A stretch of 54,737 bases of DNA, counting the filler, from Nitrospinae bacterium RIFCSPLOWO2_12_FULL_45_22 (GTDB lineage: Bacteria > 2-12-FULL-45-22): the NCBI GenBank assembly GCA_001803565.1. It is 4 parts of 4 records of this genome, joined end to end, with 100 filler letters (N's around TTAATTAATTAA, not from the genome) between each part and the next. Parts side by side here need not be neighbours in the genome. Positions count along the whole stretch, not along the records: positions 1 to 15,107 come from MHDQ01000315.1; positions 15,208 to 26,100 come from MHDQ01000317.1; 2 more parts are not named here. One strand, given 5' to 3'. This document shows positions 9,476 to 17,714 of this stretch, one piece after another; the stretch's first letter is position 1; the number at the start of each line of letters is the position of its first letter. A model generated the notes under the pieces. The model saw only the letters and a list, made by a program, of their open reading frames with translations, was not told where the DNA came from and did no database searches. The translations under genes were made by a program, and so were the position numbers.

Positions 9476-10063
9476 ATGGTGAGAAAAGCTGGTATCAACC
9501 GAACTACTAAAGAGACCCGGATAGATATTCAATTGGATATTGATGGGCAAGGAAATCATCAGATTGCTACGGGGGTACCATATTTTGACCATATGCTGGC
9601 TCAGATAGCACAGCATGGTCTATTTGATTTACAGATAGAGGGGCGGGGTGATTTAGAGATTGACTATCACCATACCGTGGAAGATGTTGGCATCGCCTTG
9701 GGCCAGGCCTTCCAGCAGGCATTAGGCAATAAAGAAGGAATAGAGCGTTTTGGCCAGGCAACGGTTCCATTAAATGAAGCCCTGATTTCCCTGGTTTTAG
9801 ATATCAGTGGCAGGCCCTTCCTGGCCTTTAATGTCCCGGGGCTGCGGGGTAAAATAGGAAATTTTGATGCCGAATTGATCCGGGAATTCTTCCAGGGCTT
9901 TGTCAGCACTAGCGGCATCACTCTCCATATAAACCTCCAGTATGGTAATAATTTGCACCATATGGCCGAAGCAATATTTAAGGCCTTTGCCTGGGCCCTG
10001 AGGCAAGCTGTTACTATTAATCAGCGCATAAAGGGGGTCCCGTCAACTAAGGGTGAGTTGTGA
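9476..10063 (+). CDS. hisB: Imidazoleglycerol-phosphate dehydratase
   Basis: RTTKET, HHTVED, HHMAEA, PSTKG. Confidence 0.97.
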   Translation: MVRKAGINRTTKETRIDIQLDIDGQGNHQIATGVPYFDHMLAQIAQHGLFDLQIEGRGDLEIDYHHTVEDVGIALGQAFQQALGNKEGIERFGQATVPLNEALISLVLDISGRPFLAFNVPGLRGKIGNFDAELIREFFQGFVSTSGITLHINLQYGNNLHHMAEAIFKAFAWALRQAVTINQRIKGVPSTKGEL

Positions 10064-10150
10064 AATCCAGGGTTCAAAATCCAGATGCCAAAATATTTGA
10101 GCTTTGAGCTTTGACATTTGGGCCTTTATATCTGTTGTGAAGGGATAAAG

Positions 10151-10759
10151 ATGATAGCTATTATTGACTATGGCATGGGCAACCTCAGGAGTGTCCAGAA
10201 GGGAGTTGAAAAAGTAGGAGCCCAGGGCATTATTACCAGTAACAAGCAGGATATTTTTGATGCCCGGGCGGTGATATTACCCGGGGTAGGTTCTTTCCGG
10301 GAATGCATGAATAATTTGTTACAATTGGATTTGATAGACCCCTTACTAAGGGTCATAAGAGCGGGCAAGCCCTTTCTGGGGATTTGTCTCGGGCTCCAAA
10401 TTCTTTTCAGTACCAGTGAAGAATTTGGTCTCTGCCAGGGTTTAGATCTTATAAAAGGTAAGGTAATAAGATTTCCTGCGATGGATGGGCTAAAGATACC
10501 CCATATGGGCTGGAACCAAATCCATATCAAGAAGAGTACCCCTTTGCTGGCCGATATTCCTGAAGGTGCTTATGTCTATTTTGTCCATTCTTATTATCCG
10601 CAGCCTGAGCAGGAGGAATGTATCGCTACGACAACGGTTTATGGACAGGAATTTGTCTCAGCCATCTGGCAAGATAATATCTTTGCTACCCAGTTCCATC
10701 CCGAGAAGAGCCAGGAGATAGGCATCCAGATACTAAAAAACTTTGCTAGTATAGACTAA
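10151..10759 (+). CDS. hisH: Imidazole glycerol phosphate synthase glutaminase subunit
   Basis: DYGMGNL, PGVG, GICLG, PHMGWN, QFHPEKS; ATG at 10151. Confidence 0.97.
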   Translation: MIAIIDYGMGNLRSVQKGVEKVGAQGIITSNKQDIFDARAVILPGVGSFRECMNNLLQLDLIDPLLRVIRAGKPFLGICLGLQILFSTSEEFGLCQGLDLIKGKVIRFPAMDGLKIPHMGWNQIHIKKSTPLLADIPEGAYVYFVHSYYPQPEQEECIATTTVYGQEFVSAIWQDNIFATQFHPEKSQEIGIQILKNFASID

Positions 10760-10794
10760 ATTATTGTGGTCATATTTTAGCAACAGCCACCATT

Positions 10795-10853
10795 TGCAGG
10801 GGCAGGCATCTCTGCCTGCCTTTAAATGGGCCGACACAGAGGTCGGCCCCTAC
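10795..10853. repeat. GTAG-type REP-like doublet
   Basis: TGCAGGGGC...hairpins...GCCCCTACA; same organisation as 38651 and 45347. Confidence 0.65.
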
Positions 10854-10866
10854 ATCAGATAAAATT

Positions 10867-12078
10867 TTGGTTACTTTAGGTGATATAAAAAAGGCCCAGG
10901 AAAAACTCCGTCAAGTGATCTATCCCACACCCATTATGCCGGCCAAGAGCTTCAGTCAGCACAAAAAGCTACGGGTTTATCTCAAGTTAGAAAATCTTCA
11001 AAAGACCGGTTCATTCAAATTGCGGGGGGCCTTTAATAAACTCTCGCAGCTTGATAAACAGCAGCGGGAAAGAGGAGTAATTGCGGCCTCGGCCGGAAAC
11101 CATGCCCAGGGTGTAGCTTATGCCAGTAGCCATTTTCATACTAGAGCAGTCATTGTCATGCCCGAGCGAACTCCTATTACCAAAATGATGGCTACTAAGG
11201 CCTATGGTGCCGAGATAATCCTTTATGGTAGTTGCTTCAATGATTCCTATGATCGGGCATTGAAATTAGCAGAGGAAACGGGAATGATCTTTATCTCACC
11301 TTTTGACGATGATGATATTATTGCTGGTCAGGGTACTATTGGTTTAGAAATTATCCAGCAACTACCCAAGGTAAGGACAGTCATCGTACCGGTCGGTGGT
11401 GGTGGGCTAATAGCTGGTCTAGCCATTGCCTTAAAAGAACATAACCCCACCATTAAGATCATAGGCGTAGAGGCTAAAGGTGCTGCCTCTATGTATGAGT
11501 CTCTCCAGAAAGGATATATATGCGAGCCACTTACTATAACAAAGACTATTGCTGATGGGATAGCAGTTAACCGGCCCGGAGAAAAGACCTTTCCTATTAT
11601 CCAAAAATTGGTAGACGAGATGGCCTTAGTAGAAGAAGAGGAGATAGCACGGGCTATCCTGAGCTTCATAGAAGAAGAGAAGTTGCTGGTGGAAGGGGCT
11701 GGGGCAGTCCCGCTGGCTGCTTTACAAGAGAAAAAATTGGCCATAGAAGAAGGGGATGTGGTGCTGGTGGTTAGTGGGGGAAACATTGATGTCAATACCA
11801 TTGCCCGCATTATCGAGAAAGGCCTGGTTAAGAGTGGGCGGCTACTACGGGTCTCTCTGGAATTGGAAGATGTCCCTGGAACCCTGAACAAGATTACCTC
11901 TCTGATAGCCGAGGAGCAAGCCAATATCCTCCATATTATCCATGACCGCCTAAGCAAAGACCTGCCCGTCGGCATAACTAAACTAGAGCTGGACCTAGAA
12001 ACCCGGGGTAAAGAACACTCCAAAGAGGTCATTACCGCTTTAAAGGCCAAAGGTTACCTCCCTAAATTGATCCAGTAA
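10867..12078 (+). CDS. ilvA: Threonine ammonia-lyase with C-terminal ACT domain
   Basis: KLENLQKTGSFKLRGA PLP lysine, SAGNHAQG, GGGG, SGGN. Confidence 0.92.
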   Translation: MVTLGDIKKAQEKLRQVIYPTPIMPAKSFSQHKKLRVYLKLENLQKTGSFKLRGAFNKLSQLDKQQRERGVIAASAGNHAQGVAYASSHFHTRAVIVMPERTPITKMMATKAYGAEIILYGSCFNDSYDRALKLAEETGMIFISPFDDDDIIAGQGTIGLEIIQQLPKVRTVIVPVGGGGLIAGLAIALKEHNPTIKIIGVEAKGAASMYESLQKGYICEPLTITKTIADGIAVNRPGEKTFPIIQKLVDEMALVEEEEIARAILSFIEEEKLLVEGAGAVPLAALQEKKLAIEEGDVVLVVSGGNIDVNTIARIIEKGLVKSGRLLRVSLELEDVPGTLNKITSLIAEEQANILHIIHDRLSKDLPVGITKLELDLETRGKEHSKEVITALKAKGYLPKLIQ

Positions 12079-12099
12079 TCATTGTGGTTATAATTATAT

Positions 12100-12519
12100 A
12101 TGGAGATAATATTGAGGGCGCATCATGTCTTATGCATCCAGGGTTTCCGGGGTAAGGGGTACTCAGAGGAATTTGTAGCCAATTTTGCTTACATTGTAGA
12201 GCGACTGAATACCCATAAGGATACGCAGATTGAGCTGATAGCTGGCCCTGATGATATCTGCCGGTGCTGTCCTTATCTTGGCGAAGGTGGCTGCAAACGA
12301 TCCAGGAATGAGCCTGAAAAGTTCTCTCAACAGATAGATACCCAGGTCTTCCAACGACTGGGTTTAGGGCCTGGGACCAGACTTTCCTGGACAGAAGTTT
12401 TGGAGCAGATCAAAGCCAGGATAGAATCTAAAGACCTTGTAAGTATCTGTTGGGGCTGCCCCTGGATTTTCTACAATTATTGCTTGATAGGACTGAGAAA
12501 TCTCAAGGATAGCCCATGA
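12100..12519 (+). CDS. DUF1284 family Cys/His-rich protein
   Basis: LRAHHVLC..GF.GKGYS, DDIC..CP, C..C.W. Confidence 0.85.
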   Translation: MEIILRAHHVLCIQGFRGKGYSEEFVANFAYIVERLNTHKDTQIELIAGPDDICRCCPYLGEGGCKRSRNEPEKFSQQIDTQVFQRLGLGPGTRLSWTEVLEQIKARIESKDLVSICWGCPWIFYNYCLIGLRNLKDSP

Positions 12520-13844
12520 AAAACCTGCCGCCTATCAGACCGGATAAAGTCCATGAGGTCTTAAGCCGAAGTATCTTAGTAGATGGTTTCGATCTAGTGT
12601 GGGACCAGGAGAAGAGTCATGGCTCCTATTTATATGATGCTCGGCAGGGCCGCGAATTCCTGGATTTTTTTACCTTCGTTGCCTCTTTGCCCCTCGGCTA
12701 TAACCACCCAAAGATGCATGATGAGGCCTTCCAGAAGAAGCTACTCAAGGCCGCCCTGGCTAAGCCTGCTAATCCAGAGGTATATACTGTAGAGTATGCC
12801 GAGTTTGTCCATACCTTCCAACGAATTGCTGGCCAGGGGCTATTCCAACACTATTTTTTTATTGATGGTGGCACGTTGGCCGTTGAGAACGCCTTGAAAG
12901 TCGCTTTTGATTGGAAGCTCCGAAAGAATCTCAAGGCGTGTATCAAGGATAAAGGCACGCAGGTTATCCATTTCCAGCAGGCCTTCCATGGCCGATCGGG
13001 ATATTCCATCTCTCTTACCAACACCTTTGATCCGAGAAAGACTATCTATTTTCCTATCTTTAATTGGCCCAGGATAACTAACCCTAAATGCCTCTTCCCT
13101 TTGGCAGGGGATAATTTGAGCCGGGTTATAGAGGCAGAAAGGCTGGCCTTGGCCGAAATTGATAAAGCCATAAGAGATAATCCCCACGATATTGCCGCTA
13201 TAGTCATCGAACCTATCCAGGGAGAGGGTGGTGATAATCATTTCCGGGGGGAATTCCTGAGAGAGCTCAGGCGCATAGCTGATGAATATGATATCCTGTT
13301 GATCTTTGATGAGGTACAGACCGGTATAGGTATCACGGGCAAGATGTGGGCCTTCCAGCATTTCGCTATGCAGCCCGATGTTATTGCCTTTAGCAAAAAG
13401 ACCCAGGTGGCTGGCATTGCCTCTACCACTCGGATTGATGAGGTGGATAATGTCTTCAAAGTCCCCAGCCGCATCAGCTCCACGTTTGGTGGTAGTCTGG
13501 TAGATATGGTCAGGAGTACTCGTTATCTGGAGATAATAGAAGAAGACAAGCTGATAGATAATGCTCGGGACATAGGTAACTATCTGCTGCAAGGGTTACA
13601 AAAGATGGCCCAGGAAGCCTGGCCCCAGATAAGTAATGTCCGGGGGAGGGGTTTATTCATTGCCTTTGATCTGCCTGCAACTGAAGAGCGGGATAAGCTA
13701 CGAAATATCCTCTATAATCAGGGCCTATTATTATTGGGCTGCGGAGAAAGGAGCATTCGCCTCCGCCCTCCTCTTACCCTGAGCCGAGCCGAAGCTGCGC
13801 AGGGACTCGAGATCATTAACCTGGGATTAAATAAAATGTATTAG
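12516..13844 (+). CDS. lat: L-lysine 6-aminotransferase (class III PLP)
   Basis: AVENALKVAFDWK, FHGRSGY, EPIQGEGGD, DEVQTG, FSKKTQV. Confidence 0.88.
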   Translation: MKNLPPIRPDKVHEVLSRSILVDGFDLVWDQEKSHGSYLYDARQGREFLDFFTFVASLPLGYNHPKMHDEAFQKKLLKAALAKPANPEVYTVEYAEFVHTFQRIAGQGLFQHYFFIDGGTLAVENALKVAFDWKLRKNLKACIKDKGTQVIHFQQAFHGRSGYSISLTNTFDPRKTIYFPIFNWPRITNPKCLFPLAGDNLSRVIEAERLALAEIDKAIRDNPHDIAAIVIEPIQGEGGDNHFRGEFLRELRRIADEYDILLIFDEVQTGIGITGKMWAFQHFAMQPDVIAFSKKTQVAGIASTTRIDEVDNVFKVPSRISSTFGGSLVDMVRSTRYLEIIEEDKLIDNARDIGNYLLQGLQKMAQEAWPQISNVRGRGLFIAFDLPATEERDKLRNILYNQGLLLLGCGERSIRLRPPLTLSRAEAAQGLEIINLGLNKMY

Positions 13845-13936
13845 CTATATAAGAGTTGTCAGAGGTCGGCTGCCAGGGGTCAGGGAAAGACTGTCTGAAA
13901 AAAACTGATCCCTGAACCCTGCGAACTGTTACTTTG

Positions 13937-14386
13937 CTATTCGCCTGTGGTTGGTTCTTGATCAGAGCGGATGATGGGCCGAGGCCTCATAGCCCGTAAG
14001 AGCTCTAATGCCCGCAAATACTCTAGTTCATCATAACACTCTTTACAATTCTTGCCTGTGGAATATACGATGGCTTCTTTACCTTGTGAGTCTCTGATGT
14101 TCCAGGTACCGATATGCTCCTGGGCAAATGCCTGCTCTTTCATCTTCTGGGGGAGTTCTTTGTCGGTTATCAATAGTTGGATAGTTACATCACTTATACC
14201 AGCTTTTTTCAAATTAATAATCTCTCCCACAGTCAAACCACCACTATCCTCTGAAGCTACTTTCTCTGGCTGGGCTGATGGCTGATCAGGGGGTATACCG
14301 GACGACTGAGCCAGGGAGATACCAATACCCAGGCCGAGTGTCATCAATATACTCACCAAACTAATACCGTATACCAACCGTTCCAT
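13937..14386 (-). CDS. Hypothetical exported protein
   Basis: Signal-peptide-like N-terminus; GGAGG RBS. Confidence 0.7.
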   Translation of the reverse strand: MERLVYGISLVSILMTLGLGIGISLAQSSGIPPDQPSAQPEKVASEDSGGLTVGEIINLKKAGISDVTIQLLITDKELPQKMKEQAFAQEHIGTWNIRDSQGKEAIVYSTGKNCKECYDELEYLRALELLRAMRPRPIIRSDQEPTTGE

Positions 14387-14427
14387 GTAACACCTCCTCT
14401 ACTTTCTTACGCGGGATTAAACCAGAG

Positions 14428-14564
14428 ATAACCGTTCACCCATTTATTCCATCGTATTGTCATTCTGAGCCGAAGTCCTGAGCAAAGCGAAGGAGCAAGC
14501 GAAGAATCTTTCTCCTTTGAGACCCTTCGCTCTGTTCAGGGTGACAGGCCCAGTGAACGGTTAC
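14428..14564. mobile_element. Nested palindromic element
   Basis: Perfect TAACCGTTCAC/GTGAACGGTTA ends around a GTCATTCTGAGC...CAGGGTGAC hairpin (also at 52465-52534). Confidence 0.75.
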
Positions 14565-14776
14565 CAAAAATTAAAGTCTTTTCCTGAACCCGGTTAACTG
14601 AACCCCGTGAGCTGTTACGAGATTTTCTACTTACTTTATCGGCACAAATTATTTTTTCTTGAATTTTACAGAGATGTTCCGGCAAGGATGGCCCCACCTA
14701 CCTACTTCCCGGACAAAATAACCCAATCAATTCTATCTTAACTTTGTCAGATTAAAGTATCTAGGCTTAGATAGAA

Positions 14777-14950
14777 CCGCAAAGACGCAAAGGACGCGAA
14801 GCCTGTCTGCCAGGACACAGGCAGGAATGACCAGGGAAGATGAACTTACCAGGATTCCAGGGACCAAGGATTCGAGAAACTATTTCTCGAACCCTGGCAT
14901 CCTTGAATCCTCTTCTTATAAAATCTTTGCGCTCTTAGCGCCTTTGCGGT
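14777..14950. repeat. Nested palindrome with ACCGCAAAG...CTTTGCGGT arms
   Basis: Inverted arms enclose CCTGTCTGCC..CAGGCAGG (inverted copy at 2544) and a GGATTC..GAATCC periodic hairpin (related one at 6623). Confidence 0.7.
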
Positions 14951-15107
14951 TGATTTAATAATGCCTGGTAGCAAGCTAAACAATCTGTTAGGCGCTACAA
15001 GGACTATTCAGTTAATGTGTCAATGTCAAGCTATTGGTCTGGTTAGATAATTTTTACCGGGCAAGGGGCGTGAGTCTGGATAAGTCTTAATTCTGAGGGT
15101 GGAAAGG

Positions 15108-15207
15108 NNNNNNNNNNNNNNNNNNNNNNNNNNNNNNNNNNNNNNNNNNNNTTAATTAATTAANNNNNNNNNNNNNNNNNNNNNNNNNNNNNNNNNNNNN
15201 NNNNNNN
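15108..15207. other. Artificial contig linker
   Basis: N-run with central TTAATTAATTAA. Confidence 0.98.
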
Positions 15208-15270
15208 ACCCGCTAACGCCAAAAATTTCGGTTGCCAGAATGACTTTCTCTGGTTATCTTTTTTAATCAT

Positions 15271-15729
15271 ATGGAAAATCTTAATTCAATACTGGCAAAA
15301 TATGGCTGGGGAAAAATGGCCCTTATCCCTATTCTCCAGGACCTTCAAGAAGAGTATGGCTGGCTCTCTGAAGAGTTATTAGATGAAGTGGCGCAGAGAT
15401 TGCGGGTTTCTTCTTCGGAGATATTCAGCATGGTAACATTTTATAAATCTTTCAGACTGAAGCCCGTGGGCAAGTACCTCATAACTGTTTGTCTGGGCAC
15501 TGCCTGTCATGTAAGGGGGGCGCCCGACGTACTGGATGAAATTAAGAGAAGGAGCGGGATAAAAGATGGCGAGACTACTAAGGATAATCTCTTCACTCTG
15601 GAAACGGTAAACTGTGTTGGGGCATGTGCCCTTGGCCCCATTGTTATAGTTAATGATGAATATCACGGCTTGATGAGCAAAGTCAAGGTAGAAAAGCTAA
15701 TTGACCAGCTTTATGAAAAGAATCAATAA
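15271..15729 (+). CDS. NuoE/HydC-like [2Fe-2S] subunit
   Basis: CLGTACHVRG, CVGACALGP. Confidence 0.92.
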   Translation: MENLNSILAKYGWGKMALIPILQDLQEEYGWLSEELLDEVAQRLRVSSSEIFSMVTFYKSFRLKPVGKYLITVCLGTACHVRGAPDVLDEIKRRSGIKDGETTKDNLFTLETVNCVGACALGPIVIVNDEYHGLMSKVKVEKLIDQLYEKNQ

Positions 15730-17614
15730 TGAGCAAGATTTAAATAATCTAAGGGAAGAAATCAAAAAAAGGCTCCAGGGCAAGGCTATAACCATTGCTG
15801 TTTGCAATGGTACGGGTTGCCAGGCATACGGATGCGATAAGGTTACCAGGGCATTTATTGACGAGATCACAAAACAGGAGCTGGATTTAGAGATCAAGCC
15901 AACGGGTTGCCACGGCTTCTGTCAATCGGGTCCCATTACCGTTATACAGCCAGAAGGCATCTTCTATCAGAGGATAAAACCTGAGGATGTAGGGGAGATT
16001 GTTTCAGAAACTATTGTGAAAAATCGTATCATAGAACGGCTCCTATATGAAGACCCTATGACCCATGAAAAAATTATCCACGAGAAAGAGGTGCCATTTT
16101 ATAGGAAACAGATGCGTCTAATCTTCGGGAATAATGGCTTCATTAATCCCAGGAGCATAGAGGACTATATTGCCATTGGTGGATATTCAGGTGTGTCTAA
16201 AGTATTAAAAGAGATGGAGCCGGAAGAGGTAATAGAGGAGATAAAGGACTCTGGCTTGAGGGGGAGGGGTGGCGCGGGTTTTCTTACCGGGGTAAAATGG
16301 GAGATTTGCCACAAAGCAGAAGGGACTCCCAAATACCTTATATGCAACTGTGATGAGGGAGACCCAGGGGCATATATGGATCGTAGCCTGTTGGAAGGGA
16401 ATCCCCACTCTGTGATAGAGGGGATGCTCATTGGGGCTTATGCTATTGGGGCACAAAAGGGATTCATCTATGTCCGCCATGAGTATCCTCTGGCGGTGAA
16501 AAATGCCTCTTATGCCATTTCACAAGCCAGAGAATATGGGTTATTAGGAGAGAATATACTTGGCTCTTCTTTTAGTTTTGACCTCGAGATTACCAGGGGT
16601 GCAGGGGCTTTTGTCAGTGGCGAGGAGACGGCCCTGATGGCATCTATTGAAGGGAGAAAAGGTGAACCCTGGCCCAGACCGCCATATCCTGCCCAGAAGG
16701 GGCTGTGGGGTAGGCCCACAAATATAAACAATGTAGAGACCTGGGCAAATGTACCGTTCATTATCAATAGGGGCGCTAAATATTACTCGGCTATAGGGAC
16801 AGACGGGAGTAAGGGTACCAAGATATTTTCCCTCGTGGGAAAGATAAACAACACCGGGCTTGTGGAAGTACCTATGGGCATTACCCTGAGGGAGCTTGTT
16901 TACGAGATAGGGGGTGGCATACCAAAGGGTAAGGCATTTAAGGCAATCCAGACCGGCGGACCTTCCGGGGGGTGCATCCCTAAAGAGCTGCTGGATTTGC
17001 CGGTGGATTATGAGAGTCTCACTAAGGCAGGGTCTATGATGGGGTCCGGTGGGATGATTGTAATGGATGAGGATACCTGTATGGTAGACTTAGCCCATTA
17101 TTTTCTGAATTTTACCCAGGGAGAATCCTGTGGAAAGTGCGTTCCCTGCCGCATTGGTACCAGGCATATCCTTGCGATCTTAGAGAAGATAAAAAGAGGA
17201 GGAGGAGAAAGCGGAGATATCCCCAAATTGGAAAGGCTGAGCGAGACAGTGAAGAAGGCGTCGCTATGTGGATTAGGCCAAACGGCCCCAAATCCTGTTT
17301 TGACTACCCTCAGGTACTTTCGCCATGAATACGAGGCCCATATCAAGGAGAAGAAATGCCCTGCCCTTGCGTGCAAGGATTTGATCTCCTATTTCATTAT
17401 CCCGGAAAAATGTGTGGGGTGCATGCTCTGCCTCAAAAATTGTCCGGCGGGGGCGGTAAGTGGGGAGCTAAAAAAGCTCCATATCATTGATGACCATATT
17501 TGTATACGCTGTGGAGTCTGTCTTGAGGTATGCCCGGATAAGGTAAATGCCGTGGTAAAAGTATCACCCAAAAAACAAGCAACCTATCAAGCCACCAAGG
17601 CACCAAGTCACTAA
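15713..17614 (+). CDS. NuoF/HydB-like FMN/NADH-binding subunit with N-terminal 2Fe-2S and C-terminal 2x[4Fe-4S]
   Basis: GLRGRGGAGF, NCDEGDPGA, ESCGKCVPCR, two CxxCxxCxxxCP; ATG at 15713. Confidence 0.93.
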   Translation: MKRINNEQDLNNLREEIKKRLQGKAITIAVCNGTGCQAYGCDKVTRAFIDEITKQELDLEIKPTGCHGFCQSGPITVIQPEGIFYQRIKPEDVGEIVSETIVKNRIIERLLYEDPMTHEKIIHEKEVPFYRKQMRLIFGNNGFINPRSIEDYIAIGGYSGVSKVLKEMEPEEVIEEIKDSGLRGRGGAGFLTGVKWEICHKAEGTPKYLICNCDEGDPGAYMDRSLLEGNPHSVIEGMLIGAYAIGAQKGFIYVRHEYPLAVKNASYAISQAREYGLLGENILGSSFSFDLEITRGAGAFVSGEETALMASIEGRKGEPWPRPPYPAQKGLWGRPTNINNVETWANVPFIINRGAKYYSAIGTDGSKGTKIFSLVGKINNTGLVEVPMGITLRELVYEIGGGIPKGKAFKAIQTGGPSGGCIPKELLDLPVDYESLTKAGSMMGSGGMIVMDEDTCMVDLAHYFLNFTQGESCGKCVPCRIGTRHILAILEKIKRGGGESGDIPKLERLSETVKKASLCGLGQTAPNPVLTTLRYFRHEYEAHIKEKKCPALACKDLISYFIIPEKCVGCMLCLKNCPAGAVSGELKKLHIIDDHICIRCGVCLEVCPDKVNAVVKVSPKKQATYQATKAPSH

Positions 17615-17714
17615 GTATCACCAAGTGATATGGGTAGGGTTATATCACATACTATATCGTATAGACTTTATGGCTTTGGTGTCTTCGTGCCTTCGTGGCA
17701 GATACGGAATAAGG

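Noticed and set aside
11328-12050. Long antisense ORFs (also 12840-13592, 21215-21922, 21929-22516 and others)
   Set aside because: They are shadows of well-supported genes on the opposite strand, with no recognisable motifs.
15108-15207. TTAATTAATTAA palindrome repeated three times in the window
   Set aside because: It is an artificial all-frame-stop contig linker inside N-runs, not biology.
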